The notes under the pieces were generated by a model that saw nothing but the letters and a program-made list of their open reading frames with translations, was not told the origin of the DNA and searched no databases. A stretch of 64,000 nucleotides of DNA from Ignavibacteriales bacterium. GTDB taxonomy: Bacteria > Bacteroidota > Ignavibacteria > UBA10030 > SZUA-254. The position numbers and the translations under genes are program-made. The stretch is from assembly GCA_016218025.1 (NCBI GenBank), contig JACRFD010000073.1, forward strand, positions 4,001 through 68,000, read 5' to 3'. Positions 19,829-30,052 of this stretch are shown here, piece after piece (the stretch's first letter is position 1; each line of letters opens with the position of its first letter).

Positions 19829-21004
19829 TTGAATAAAAAAACCGTAAAAGATATCGACTTAAAAAATAAACGCGTTTTGATGCGTGTTGATTTCAATGTC
19901 CCTATGGACAAGGGTATTGTGACCGACGATAAACGGATCAAAGCAGCATTACCGACTATTCAATATGTGCTTGATCAGGGTGCGTCGCTCGTTGTGATGA
20001 GTCACTTAGGCAGGCCAAAAGGGAACGGATTTGAAGCTGAATTCAGTCTTAAGCCTGCGGCAGAAGCGCTTGCAAAATCGTTGGAAAAATCTGTCGACAT
20101 AGCTTCCGACTGTATCGGCCCAGATGTTGAAGCTTTGGCAAAAGCATTGAAACCTGGTGATGTATTAATGCTGGAAAATGTCCGTTTTCATAAACAGGAA
20201 GAAAAGAACGACCCGGAATTTGCTAAACAACTTTCGGTTTTAGGTGAGATTTATGTTAACGATGCGTTTGGTTCCGCACACCGCGCTCATGCAAGCACGG
20301 AAGGTGTCGCAAAATATCTTCCCGCAGTTTCGGGTTTTCTGATGCAGCAGGAATTGGAATATCTCAGCAAAGCCACGATGAATCCCGAACGTCCGTATGT
20401 TGCAATTCTTGGTGGAGCTAAAATCAGTGATAAGATAGCAGTGATTGAAAACTTGTTATCTAAATGTGATACGCTGATTATTGGCGGCGGTATGGCGAAT
20501 ACTTTCCTTGCCGCAAAAGGATTTAATATGGCAGAAAGTTTAGTCGAAAAGAGCGCTGTTGATACCGCGAAAAATATTATCGCCAAAGCTGGCGGTAAAC
20601 TTGCATTGCCAACAGATGGCGTTGTTGGTCTTAAAGCCGATCCGCAAGCCCAACCGAAAATTGTTGATGCTGATAAGGTGCCGAGTGGCGGAAGTATGAT
20701 GGATATTGGTCCGAAGAGCATTGAAAAATTCAGTGCAATTCTTAAAAATGCGAAACTTGTTGTCTGGAATGGACCGATGGGTGTTTTCGAAGATCCACGG
20801 TACTCGGAAGGAACATTTGCAATTGCTAAGCTGCTTGCAACATGCGGTGCAACAACTGTTATTGGTGGTGGCGATAGTGCCAGCGCTGTAAAGAAGGCTG
20901 GCGTTGCAAAACAAATGTCACATGTTTCGACAGGCGGCGGTGCATCACTTGAATTTCTAGAAGGGAAAATTCTTCCCGGTGTAGCCGCGTTATCCGATAA
21001 ATGA
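19829..21004 (+). CDS. pgk: Phosphoglycerate kinase (TTG start)
   Basis: N-terminal RVDFNVP motif, [13 protein letters not shown] near the C-terminus. GAGGAG lies upstream of the TTG. Confidence 0.97.
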   Translation: MNKKTVKDIDLKNKRVLMRVDFNVPMDKGIVTDDKRIKAALPTIQYVLDQGASLVVMSHLGRPKGNGFEAEFSLKPAAEALAKSLEKSVDIASDCIGPDVEALAKALKPGDVLMLENVRFHKQEEKNDPEFAKQLSVLGEIYVNDAFGSAHRAHASTEGVAKYLPAVSGFLMQQELEYLSKATMNPERPYVAILGGAKISDKIAVIENLLSKCDTLIIGGGMANTFLAAKGFNMAESLVEKSAVDTAKNIIAKAGGKLALPTDGVVGLKADPQAQPKIVDADKVPSGGSMMDIGPKSIEKFSAILKNAKLVVWNGPMGVFEDPRYSEGTFAIAKLLATCGATTVIGGGDSASAVKKAGVAKQMSHVSTGGGASLEFLEGKILPGVAALSDK

Positions 21005-21075
21005 AACTGAAATCTATTTCTTTGTGTTTATATAAAAAGGATTAGGTGGGTAGCACTTGCTTGAAAAATCGTTGT

Positions 21076-21314
21076 CAGTTTTTGGTTCTTCGTTATAGTT
21101 CATTAGTTGCTGGTTATAGGTTAAAAGAAATATTCTGAAATTTTGGAAAAATCTTGACGCGAAATTCAACAGCGAGAATTTTCAATCAAAGATATCATCG
21201 CTTATAAAGAATTTCTTGAATTTACTGGTGTTGGAAATCAAAGAAAATCGTCAACCCAAAAGTAAAACTAAAAAACCATTAACCATAACTGTGAACTAAC
21301 AACCCGTAACTAAA
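21076..21314 (+). repeat. IVS-like cassette C (decayed): arms 21076-21122 / 21264-21314 around a gene remnant
   Basis: The arms share GTTTTTGGTT(C/A)TT and AAACCATTAACCA(T/C)AACT with cassette B. Confidence 0.5.
21161..21265 (+). pseudogene. 5'-truncated remnant of a four-helix-bundle gene (last ~34 codons only)
   Basis: Translation EIQQREFSIKDIIAYKEFLEFTGVGNQRKSSTQK* aligns with the C-terminus of the 19260 protein, EISDQYTVLIKGITSYMRFLELNSIGK*. An in-frame TGA lies immediately upstream (21155-21157). Confidence 0.55.
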
Positions 21315-21381
21315 TTTACACTATTAATAAAAAGTTCAAAATATGAAAATGAACTATTTAAGAAGAGAATAATCAATCTTA

Positions 21382-22284
21382 ATGTCATACTATAGATATT
21401 CCAGTTCAAACTATTACCGACCCTCGTTTTTCGGCGGGTTTAAGTTTTTTCCTCCTGTTATCAAAGCTCTTTTGATCAGCAATGTGGCAGTCTATTTCCT
21501 TGCGAGCTTTTTTGGTCTGTTTCGGATTCAGGGAGTACCATTGTCTGTTTTCATAGATTCGATACTTCCTTTATATCCGATCGGGAACGGGTTTTATCCA
21601 TGGCAATTACTCACATATATGTTCATGCACGGCGGCATTATGCATTTGCTTTTCAATATGTTCGCATTGTGGATGTTCGGTATGGAATTAGAAAACCAAT
21701 GGGGTTCAAAGAAATTTTTCTTATACTACATGCTATGCGGTCTTGGTGCCGGTTTGTCAAACCTTTTTATCGCTCCGTTGTTTGCCGCGGGCGGTCCAAC
21801 AGTTGGCGCATCCGGCGCTGTGTACGGTGTTCTTATTGCGTTCGGCATGTTATTCCCAGAAAGACCGATCTTTATTTATTTCCTTCTTCCGATACGTGCA
21901 AAATATTTTGTTTTGCTTTATATCGGCATTGAAATTTACGCAGGTGTTACCGGCACAATGGATGGTATTGCACACTTTGCTCATCTTGGTGGTGCAGCAG
22001 TTGGATTTTTATACTTGTTCGCTGAAAGAAAAGGGTTTTCATTTGATCGTCTTATCCCAAGACGTAAAATGACTTATGTCAGCGGTGGAAAGGAATATGA
22101 ATATGCTTCTTCCGGAAGATCGGATGTCTCGGATGCGAGTTATTTCGATCTTCATGATGAAAGAAAATCTGAAGCTGAAAAAAGTGTAGATGATATTCTC
22201 GATAAAATTAATCAACATGGTTACCAGAGCCTGACAGAAGAAGAAAGAAGGATATTGTTCGAAGCGAGTAAAAAACTTAATTGA
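21382..22284 (+). CDS. Rhomboid-family intramembrane serine protease with a C-terminal soluble extension
   Basis: Catalytic GASGAVYG (Ser) and HLGGA (His) lie in TM helices. HGGIMHLLFNM motif. Confidence 0.9.
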   Translation: MSYYRYSSSNYYRPSFFGGFKFFPPVIKALLISNVAVYFLASFFGLFRIQGVPLSVFIDSILPLYPIGNGFYPWQLLTYMFMHGGIMHLLFNMFALWMFGMELENQWGSKKFFLYYMLCGLGAGLSNLFIAPLFAAGGPTVGASGAVYGVLIAFGMLFPERPIFIYFLLPIRAKYFVLLYIGIEIYAGVTGTMDGIAHFAHLGGAAVGFLYLFAERKGFSFDRLIPRRKMTYVSGGKEYEYASSGRSDVSDASYFDLHDERKSEAEKSVDDILDKINQHGYQSLTEEERRILFEASKKLN

Positions 22285-22357
22285 TTGAATCAAGTGTCAA
22301 GATTCACGCTGCTTTATATCCAATTATTACAATATTTTCAATCAAATAATCATTACA

Positions 22358-23461
22358 ATGCAAAATAACCCTCAATCTATAGAGCACGCCTCACACAAAG
22401 TTGGAATTCGGCGAGTGACTCGTCAAGTTAATGTTGGCGGAGTTCTTGTCGGAGGCAATGCGCCAATCTCTGTTCAAACTATGACTAAGTCGAAGACATC
22501 GGATGTCGCGGCTACAGTTGCGCAGATTAAGCAAGCGGCTATTGCAGGATGCGATATTGTGCGTGTAACGGTAAACGATGAACCCGCTGCCGATGCCATT
22601 GCAGAAATAGTAAAACAATCTCCAATACCGGTTGTTGCTGATATTCATTTTAATCATATCTTTGCTCTGAAATCTATTGAAGCAAATGTTGCAAAAGTTC
22701 GTTTGAATCCGGGGAACATCGGTTCAAGAGACCGAATCTACCAAGTTCTCACCTCAGCAAAAGCAAAAGGAATCCCGATCCGAATCGGTGTGAATTCCGG
22801 TTCGCTTGAAGAAGATATTCTGGAAAAGCACGGTTATCCGACAGCCGAGGCATTATTCGAAAGCGCTATGCGGCATGTTGAGATTTGTGACGAGTTTAAT
22901 TTTAAAGATGTAATAATCTCTGTGAAATCAACCGATGTTAAATTGATGATTGAGGCGTATAGGTTGATTGCACAGCGGACAGATATTCCACTACACCTTG
23001 GTGTAACTGAAGCCGGACCAACGAAAGTTGGAACGATTAAATCTGCAGTTGGAATCGGAACTCTTTTAGCGGAGGGGATTGGAGATACAATCCGTGTTTC
23101 TCTAACTGATAATCCGGTGAAGGAAGTTGAAGTGGGGAAGGAAATTCTTCGCTCATTAAGTTTGGCAACACGTAATGTGGAATTGATCGCCTGTCCAACA
23201 TGCGGCAGATTGGAAGTTGACCTATTCGGTATAATGAAAGAGCTTGAGGATAAACTTTCCAGCGTGAAAAAACCGATTAAGATAGCGGTTCTCGGTTGTG
23301 TTGTAAACGGTCCCGGAGAAGCGAGTGAAGCCGACATCGGTATTGCTGCGGGAAAAGGTGTTGCGATACTGTATCGCAAAGGTGTTGTTGTAAGGAAAAT
23401 AAAAGAGGAGGAAATTGTTTCTGCAATTTTGGAGGAAGTTGAAAAATTCCAACCAATGTGA
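22358..23461 (+). CDS. ispG: 4-hydroxy-3-methylbut-2-en-1-yl diphosphate synthase
   Basis: 367 aa. TIM-barrel N-terminal domain (VRVTV, RLNPGN). C-terminal Fe-S cysteines CPTCGR ... GCVVNGPGE. Confidence 0.95.
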   Translation: MQNNPQSIEHASHKVGIRRVTRQVNVGGVLVGGNAPISVQTMTKSKTSDVAATVAQIKQAAIAGCDIVRVTVNDEPAADAIAEIVKQSPIPVVADIHFNHIFALKSIEANVAKVRLNPGNIGSRDRIYQVLTSAKAKGIPIRIGVNSGSLEEDILEKHGYPTAEALFESAMRHVEICDEFNFKDVIISVKSTDVKLMIEAYRLIAQRTDIPLHLGVTEAGPTKVGTIKSAVGIGTLLAEGIGDTIRVSLTDNPVKEVEVGKEILRSLSLATRNVELIACPTCGRLEVDLFGIMKELEDKLSSVKKPIKIAVLGCVVNGPGEASEADIGIAAGKGVAILYRKGVVVRKIKEEEIVSAILEEVEKFQPM

Positions 23462-23547
23462 TTTTTATTTCTTCCGTTCCAATTTGAGCATTGCAATTTT
23501 GTTATCTCGTTACTAATGGTTTTTATTTTCAGAAAAATCTTCTTGGA

Positions 23548-24066
23548 TTAATATAAATTATCTTTTAGATAATGAAGCTCCAGCCTCATAACCTTTTGTC
23601 TTGCTAATTGCGATAAATACCTAAAAAGAGGATTGATAATATCAGCGTTCTCAATGGGTTTGTTCATTCTCTGAATGATAGAATATTTCCCGAGTATAGA
23701 ATATCCCCGACTTCCATAATCATTTACTCGCTCCTTGACAAATATTGGTTTAAAATAAAACAACTGTTGTGTCTGTATTATGGTAATCAAGGTATCCCAT
23801 TCAGCTGGTGTGAGAGGGCTGTATCCTTCTTTGACGTATGCGATCGAATCTTGGCCAATTTTTCGAAGGATACAAATTTGATATTGATTATACAGCTTTC
23901 GCGCTATAATTTTTTCAGCAGGTAAATCAATTGAGAAACCAAATCCAGGTTTTCCAGGACTCGTAAAAACAGAAATTTCTTCTATCTCAGAATATTCATG
24001 AAAAATCGAGGAAGAACAAGAAAGTAGTGTGAGAATTATGATAAATGTTGTTATTTTTGCAATCAT
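23548..24066 (-). CDS. Hypothetical lipoprotein
   Basis: Signal peptide with lipobox (ILTLLSCSSS). No recognisable domain. Confidence 0.55.
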   Translation of the reverse strand: MIAKITTFIIILTLLSCSSSIFHEYSEIEEISVFTSPGKPGFGFSIDLPAEKIIARKLYNQYQICILRKIGQDSIAYVKEGYSPLTPAEWDTLITIIQTQQLFYFKPIFVKERVNDYGSRGYSILGKYSIIQRMNKPIENADIINPLFRYLSQLARQKVMRLELHYLKDNLY

Positions 24067-24130
24067 CGTAGGAATGTTCCTTTTTACAACATATCAGTTT
24101 TTGGTTTATTGAAATTATCAATACACTAAA

Positions 24131-25108
24131 TTATTTCTTACGCTCCATTACAAATTCTACAAATGCCTGTAAAGATGTTTTTGCTGAAGAGTCTGGGAGT
24201 GATTGAAGAGCATCTAATGCGTGGTTAGAATATTCTTCGGCTCTTTGTAAAGTGTATTCAATACCGCCGTGTAGTTCTGCAAACGCGACAATTTTCGTAA
24301 GCTCTTTTCTATTAGCTCCGTTTTTAATGATTCGCAGGATCTCTTTCGATTCGCTTTTCGGCGCTTTGCTTAAAGCATAGATGAGAGGTAGTGTCAACTT
24401 CTTTTCCTTCACATCTAAGCCGATTGGCTTGCCTGTAATACTCATTCGACTTGTATAATCTAAAAGATCATCCCGAATTTGAAATACCATCCCCAAATTC
24501 TCACCGAATGTACGCATCTCTTTGTGTGTAGCAATATCACTCACTGCGCTTGTAGCGCCTATTTCACAACATGTTGCGAACAGCGATGCAGTTTTGTCGG
24601 AGATAATTTTCAAATAAGTCGCTTCATCAATATCGAGATCACGGCTTTTTTTGATCTGTAATATTTCTGCTTCACTCATTCGTCTGACAGCATCGGAGGT
24701 GATCTTTAGAAATTGAAAATCGTTATTATCAAGAGACAGAAGTAAACCTTTTGCAAGCATATAATCGCCCATGAGAACAGCGATCTTGTTTTTCCATACC
24801 GCGTTGATTGAAGGAAAGCCGCGTCTTGTATCCGATTCGTCAACCACATCGTCATGTATGAGAGTTGCGGTGTGCAATATCTCAACCTGTGATGCTCCAC
24901 GGTGTGTACTATCGTTTATTCCGCCGCAAGCTTTTGCAGTCAGAAGCACAAGAGCGGGACGTATCCGCTTACCTTTTTGCTTCACAATGTAACGGGCAAT
25001 CAAATCGACGAAAGCGATTTTAGATCGTATCGCTTTCTTAAAATGAGAGTCGAAGATTTCTAAATCTTTAACAATCGGTTCTAATATTTCTTTTAAATCC
25101 ATATTCAA
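24131..25108 (-). CDS. ispB: Polyprenyl diphosphate synthase (IspB-like, long chain)
   Basis: First Asp-rich motif LIHDDVVDESDTRRG and second motif FQIRDDLLD. Confidence 0.9.
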   Translation of the reverse strand: MNMDLKEILEPIVKDLEIFDSHFKKAIRSKIAFVDLIARYIVKQKGKRIRPALVLLTAKACGGINDSTHRGASQVEILHTATLIHDDVVDESDTRRGFPSINAVWKNKIAVLMGDYMLAKGLLLSLDNNDFQFLKITSDAVRRMSEAEILQIKKSRDLDIDEATYLKIISDKTASLFATCCEIGATSAVSDIATHKEMRTFGENLGMVFQIRDDLLDYTSRMSITGKPIGLDVKEKKLTLPLIYALSKAPKSESKEILRIIKNGANRKELTKIVAFAELHGGIEYTLQRAEEYSNHALDALQSLPDSSAKTSLQAFVEFVMERKK

Positions 25109-25119
25109 ATTATAATTAA

Positions 25120-25896
25120 TTACGCTAATGCTGCATTATCGCGTTTTCGTTTGGCGATTGCAGCTATCCAGATGCTTATTTCATATAACAACAACATCGG
25201 CAGTGAAAAAACTCCCATCGTAAACGGATCGGTTGTTGGGGTTACTATCGCGGCGATAACCAATATAACCACAATCGCATGGCGGCGGTACTTGCGCATA
25301 AATTTCGGTGTTAAGATTCCAAGCCGTGACAAAAAATAAGAAACCATCGGTAACTCGAAAATTAAACCGGAGATTAAAATTAATTGCAAGACGAAACTTA
25401 CATACTCGCTTACTGAAATCATATTCTGAATAGATGATGTACCGAATGTGGCAAAGAACTGGAGCATGTAAGGCATCATGATAAAATACGCGAAAGCGAC
25501 ACCAGCGAAGAAACATATCGACGAAAAGAAAACGATCCCCCAAATATATTTTCTTTCCTTCGGCATAAGTCCGGGTTGTATGAATTTCCAAACCTGAAAT
25601 AAAATCCATGGCGCGCTGAGAACAATGCCCGACATTAAAATGATTACCATGTAAAACGTTATTTGTCCGTATGGGATTGTATTAATAAGAACAAGCGGTG
25701 GATTTGTGAGGCGGCTGGGACGAAGTATTGCCTCATTGACAATCCAATCTGAGAAGAATCCACAGACGGCGGTAGTTACCAGAAGTCCGATTACTGCTTT
25801 AACAATTCGCCATCTCAGTTCTTCAAGATGGTCGAGAAATGTCATCTCATTTTCTGTTCCGTCTGAAGCGCCGATATTTTTTTTTCGCCATTGCAT
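25120..25896 (-). CDS. tatC: Twin-arginine translocase subunit TatC
   Basis: MTFLDHLEELRWRI N-terminus, six TM helices, 258 aa. Confidence 0.92.
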   Translation of the reverse strand: MQWRKKNIGASDGTENEMTFLDHLEELRWRIVKAVIGLLVTTAVCGFFSDWIVNEAILRPSRLTNPPLVLINTIPYGQITFYMVIILMSGIVLSAPWILFQVWKFIQPGLMPKERKYIWGIVFFSSICFFAGVAFAYFIMMPYMLQFFATFGTSSIQNMISVSEYVSFVLQLILISGLIFELPMVSYFLSRLGILTPKFMRKYRRHAIVVILVIAAIVTPTTDPFTMGVFSLPMLLLYEISIWIAAIAKRKRDNAALA

Positions 25897-25902
25897 GATT
25901 AA

Positions 25903-26997
25903 TTAAAATAAATCCTCTTCGTAGCGAAGTTCAAAAGAGAATGCTGTTAGGTTTTTCTTCGGATTGGTAAAGAACCAGTATGAGGCATATGAAAGAGGTA
26001 TAAGTGCATAATCGAATGTTGCTATAAGTGGAGTCTTGACGCCGAATTTTCTTAGTGGAGCATTTATCCCGAAGCCATAGCGAAACGAGGGGTTTCCTTT
26101 TATGCCATAAATATTTGTATACGGCCAAGCATATCCTCCGATCCTTAAAGAAATAATCTCATAAAAGGTTGCTTCCATGCCTGCTCCCCAGTAATCAATT
26201 GCATCGCGCATCGTTTTCCATGCGTTGAGATGATTACAATATTGTCCGGTGAGTGTATAACGAAATGGTGTGAGCGATTCTTCATTTTTCTTTTCCACAA
26301 CAAAAGTATATGAAAAACCCATCCGACCATAATGTGGAATTCGTTGGTATTTCTCGTTTATGCGATAGTCCGTACCAAAATTTTGAAAAGACAATCCTAA
26401 TGAAAGCTGATCTGTAAAATTTTTAGATTTAGAAAGAATAGGTGCTCTGTACAATAATCCTAAATCGATAAGGTAAGGATGCGATGTTGTTTTTTGGAAA
26501 TTTAACGGTCTAATGGCTCTAATTTGATCCTCAACGTTATCGTATGTTTTAAATACAATACCAACTGACAAATTTGGAATTATTTCCTTCGCGTAATCGA
26601 CGCCATAAGTATGATCATAAATGTTTGCTGTTCCTATGTCGGCACCATTTTCATCTATAATTGAAACCTCATCCCACTTAAATTTGTTGTAAAATATTCC
26701 AAAAGCTCCATAAGATGTTTTAATTGCCGCGTTCAGTGAGAAATAATAAAATCTGTCATCAAACTTCATCCAGTTTAGGTTTTTTTTGCTGAAAGATGTT
26801 GTTATTCCCTTTATACTACTTAACGTCGCAGGGTTATAGAAAATACCGGAAGTTGAATTATTAATAGCAACGAACGATTCTCCCATCGAAATACTTCTTG
26901 CATCCACTGGTGTATCTAAAGAACTGTAATTAGATTGGGAGAAAGATAATTCGATTGAAATAAATGATATGAAAAGTACAAATAATATTTTCATCAA
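25903..26997 (-). CDS. Outer-membrane beta-barrel, PorV/PorQ-family-like
   Basis: Signal peptide. N-terminal DARSISMGESFVA...GIFYNPATLS matches the A-R-x-x-x-M-G-x-A...NPA motif shared by PorV/PorQ/FadL-like barrels. Alternating beta pattern and a C-terminal aromatic residue (F). Confidence 0.45.
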   Translation of the reverse strand: MMKILFVLFISFISIELSFSQSNYSSLDTPVDARSISMGESFVAINNSTSGIFYNPATLSSIKGITTSFSKKNLNWMKFDDRFYYFSLNAAIKTSYGAFGIFYNKFKWDEVSIIDENGADIGTANIYDHTYGVDYAKEIIPNLSVGIVFKTYDNVEDQIRAIRPLNFQKTTSHPYLIDLGLLYRAPILSKSKNFTDQLSLGLSFQNFGTDYRINEKYQRIPHYGRMGFSYTFVVEKKNEESLTPFRYTLTGQYCNHLNAWKTMRDAIDYWGAGMEATFYEIISLRIGGYAWPYTNIYGIKGNPSFRYGFGINAPLRKFGVKTPLIATFDYALIPLSYASYWFFTNPKKNLTAFSFELRYEEDLF

Positions 26998-27006
26998 ACA
27001 CCTCCC

Positions 27007-28302
27007 TTAAATTATTCCTTCATAAAGTGGAAATTTTACACAAAGCTCTTTCACTTTTTGTTCTACTTGTTTTGCAATATCAAGATTACCGATGTTTCTC
27101 AAAACTTCATCAATCAATTCACCAACAATTTCCATCTCCGGCTCTTTCATTCCGCGTGTTGTCAGAGCCGGAGTTCCTACTCTGATGCCACTTGTTATCA
27201 AAGGACTCTTATCATCGAAAGGTACACCGTTTTTATTAACCGTTATACCAGCGGGATCGAGTGCTTCCTGCGCTGCTTTGCCTGTGAGGTTTTTATTTCT
27301 TAAATCAATTAACATTAAATGGTTGTCGGTGCCACCGGAAATAATATTATATCCCAAACTCATTAGTTTTGCAGCGAGCGCTTTTGCATTTTTGATTACC
27401 TGTTTCGCATATTCTTCGAAATTTGGTTGGAGATTTTCACCAAACCCAACTGCCTTTGCTGCGATAATGTGCATTAAAGGTCCACCCTGAATTCCGGGTA
27501 TCACCATAGAGTCTATTAATTCCGACATCATCTTTCTTCTTCCAGATTTCGGCGCGACGATGCCGAATGGATTTTCAAAATCTTTACCCATCAAAATTAA
27601 TCCGCCACGCGGACCGCGAAGTGTTTTGTGTGTTGTTGAAGTTACTACATGGCAATGAGGAAGTGGATCGTTTAATAATTTCTTTGCAATCAATCCAGCC
27701 GGGTGAGCGATATCGGCAAAAAGGAACGCACCAATTTTATCTGCGATAACGCGGAATGCTTTGTAATCGATATTGCGCGAGTAGGCGCTTGCGCCAACCG
27801 TGATCATCTTCGGTTTTTCTTTTAAGGCAATTGTTTCGACTTCATCATAATCGATGTAGCCGGTTTCTTTTTTCACTCCGTATGCAACGAAGTTATAAAG
27901 CTGACCCGAAAAATTTACAGGTGAGCCGTGTGTTAAATGTCCGCCGTGAGAAAGATTCATACCCAAAACTTTATCGCCGGGTTTTATAAATGTAAAATAA
28001 ACTGCCATGTTTGCCTGTGAACCGGAGTGGGGTTGAACATTTGAATACTCGGCGCCGAATAATTTTTTTGCACGGTCTCTTGCCAAATCTTCTGCCATAT
28101 CCACGTACTCGCAACCGCCGTAATAGCGTTTGCCGGGGTAACCTTCGGCGTATTTATTTGTCATAACTGAGCCGATTGCTTCAAGGACTGCGCGGCTTAC
28201 GAAATTTTCGGACGCGATAAGTTCGAGTTTAGTGTTTTGGCGATTGGTTTCGTTCTGGATAGTATTAAAAACTTCGGGGTCTTGTTGGCGTAAAGTGTTC
28301 AT
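27007..28302 (-). CDS. glyA: Serine hydroxymethyltransferase
   Basis: PLP-lysine motif [14 protein letters not shown]. 431 aa. Confidence 0.97.
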   Translation of the reverse strand: MNTLRQQDPEVFNTIQNETNRQNTKLELIASENFVSRAVLEAIGSVMTNKYAEGYPGKRYYGGCEYVDMAEDLARDRAKKLFGAEYSNVQPHSGSQANMAVYFTFIKPGDKVLGMNLSHGGHLTHGSPVNFSGQLYNFVAYGVKKETGYIDYDEVETIALKEKPKMITVGASAYSRNIDYKAFRVIADKIGAFLFADIAHPAGLIAKKLLNDPLPHCHVVTSTTHKTLRGPRGGLILMGKDFENPFGIVAPKSGRRKMMSELIDSMVIPGIQGGPLMHIIAAKAVGFGENLQPNFEEYAKQVIKNAKALAAKLMSLGYNIISGGTDNHLMLIDLRNKNLTGKAAQEALDPAGITVNKNGVPFDDKSPLITSGIRVGTPALTTRGMKEPEMEIVGELIDEVLRNIGNLDIAKQVEQKVKELCVKFPLYEGII

Positions 28303-28332
28303 GGTGTTTCCCGTTTTTGTTCTGAAAATAAT

Positions 28333-28770
28333 TTAAAGATTCGTTAGTGAATGAATTTTTTTGATTCGCATTTCATGTCTTCCTCCTTCGAAAGCAGTTG
28401 AGAGAAAAATTTTTACAATTTCTGCAACTGTTTCCCACTCGGTTAAACGCGCTCCAACGCAGAGGATATTTGCATCGTTATGCGCCCGCGCCCAAATTGC
28501 GGCTCCTTTTGATTCAACATTTGCGGCACGGACTCCGAGATGCTTATTTGCCGTAATTGCCATCCCAATTCCTGTTCCGCATATTAAAATCCCGCATTGT
28601 GATTTGTTGGAACTGACACTTTCGGCAACAGCATGGGCAAAGTCGGGGTAATCGCAAGATGCTGTTGAGTTAGTTCCGAAATCTTGATAAGCGATCTTCA
28701 TCGTATCAAGAAGCTGTTTTATTTTTTCCTTATATTCAAATCCGGCATGATCGGAGCCAATTGCAATCAT
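28333..28770 (-). CDS. rpiB: Ribose-5-phosphate isomerase B (start moved to M13 of the track ORF)
   Basis: MIAIGSDHAGFEYK N-terminus and CGTGIGMAITANK. The upstream part of the track ORF overlaps the preceding gene's stop at 28779. AGGA lies upstream of the 28770 ATG. Confidence 0.9.
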   Translation of the reverse strand: MIAIGSDHAGFEYKEKIKQLLDTMKIAYQDFGTNSTASCDYPDFAHAVAESVSSNKSQCGILICGTGIGMAITANKHLGVRAANVESKGAAIWARAHNDANILCVGARLTEWETVAEIVKIFLSTAFEGGRHEMRIKKIHSLTNL

Positions 28771-28778
28771 AAGAAATC

Positions 28779-30050
28779 CTATTCCTGCGGCGGTCTTTCG
28801 AACCAAACTTCGCCGCCGCTTAAGGAGAATGAAACTCTGAAAATGTTATCCTTCTGAAGTTGGTTTTCGGTTGTGCCTCTGAAGCTGTATGCAAAATTGA
28901 TGTTCAATCTTGAGTCGGTGAACAAAGGTGCGCCGAATCCGAAAGTAAATCCGATTTCATTCAACGGTTGATTATTTATTTTATAATAAGATGAGTTATA
29001 AAAAAATCCGGCTCTGTATGCAACACGCTGGAAGTATGGAGAGGATACATCGCGTTTATATAAATATTCCATGCCCGTTGAAATTCTGAAACTGTTTCTG
29101 ATTTCAGTGGAAGATTTATCGAAGAGCGAATAATCTCCCCATTTTTGATAATGGAAATCGCCGGCGAATAAAAAATATTCCATTGAGTATGCGAGTCCAC
29201 CGCCAAATGATAAAGGTAATTTCATTTTGCCTTCGAGGGCGGCTGATGTATCTCTGACAAGAATAGTAGAAGCATCAAAAGAATAAAAACGTTGCTCTTT
29301 TGCATTCAGTGAAGAACCGGTGGAGAAGACTCCGCCGACCGATAATGTATGTGTTTGAGGAATATTGAAAAGCGTTTTTAATCCTGTATATACAAATCCG
29401 GCGGTTGCACCGAATCCACTGACCTCCAATCTTCGTGTAACTTCACTGTTTGTATAATTTGATCCAACAAATAATTGTTTTGTTGTGTAATTCAAAGTGC
29501 CGGAATAATAATCGATTTTTAAACCGAGATTAATATCGTCACCTATTCTGACTGAAGAGCCAAGATGAGCCTGTGAAATTCCGCCGTCTCCAATGTATTG
29601 AATATTATAATTTAGGGTATCAAAAGAGCTTGGAGTTATTACATTATAATTAACTCGGCTGTAAGGAGAAATTCCAAAACCGAGTGTAACTCCATTGCTT
29701 GGCATTATCGGCAGTGAAACCATCAATCCGCTGAAGGTAATACCGCTATAAAATTTTGATTCATTTACATCTTTTGTTCCGATTCCTTCATACAGGGCGC
29801 CGAAAGAATAGCGTGTTCTGTTTAATTGTGTCCATGTAGCCGGATTGAATCTGTTAATGGAAGCTGAAGTCAAGACGGCAAATGAAGCTCCACCCATTCC
29901 GTACGATCTGTTTGAAGGGAAGTATTGAAGATCGCCAATGCCATAACGGGAACTACCGAATCCGCCGTTACCGGCAATTAGTGGTTGAATTGAAAATAGA
30001 ATCAGAAAAACACAAATAAAAAAATTAATAAAGATAAATTTTGTTTTCAT
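28779..30050 (-). CDS. Outer-membrane beta-barrel protein, FadL/PorV-like (start moved to MKTKFIF...)
   Basis: Signal peptide MKTKFIFINFFICVFLILFSIQPLIAG. SYGMGGASFAV...NRFNPATW motif. Beta-strand periodicity throughout. Confidence 0.4.
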   Translation of the reverse strand: MKTKFIFINFFICVFLILFSIQPLIAGNGGFGSSRYGIGDLQYFPSNRSYGMGGASFAVLTSASINRFNPATWTQLNRTRYSFGALYEGIGTKDVNESKFYSGITFSGLMVSLPIMPSNGVTLGFGISPYSRVNYNVITPSSFDTLNYNIQYIGDGGISQAHLGSSVRIGDDINLGLKIDYYSGTLNYTTKQLFVGSNYTNSEVTRRLEVSGFGATAGFVYTGLKTLFNIPQTHTLSVGGVFSTGSSLNAKEQRFYSFDASTILVRDTSAALEGKMKLPLSFGGGLAYSMEYFLFAGDFHYQKWGDYSLFDKSSTEIRNSFRISTGMEYLYKRDVSSPYFQRVAYRAGFFYNSSYYKINNQPLNEIGFTFGFGAPLFTDSRLNINFAYSFRGTTENQLQKDNIFRVSFSLSGGEVWFERPPQE

Positions 30051-30052
30051 AG

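Noticed and set aside
22834-23496. Long antisense or overlapping ORFs inside well-supported genes. Examples: the 220-aa ORF opposite ispG, 20287..20721 and 20540..20914 opposite pgk, 18245..18685 opposite gap, 12205..12609 opposite the macB-like gene, 47686..48222 opposite lptF, and 21600..22072 inside the rhomboid gene.
   Set aside because: These are shadow ORFs. They have low-complexity or biased composition and no motifs. Each lies fully within a gene whose own frame shows strong family signatures.
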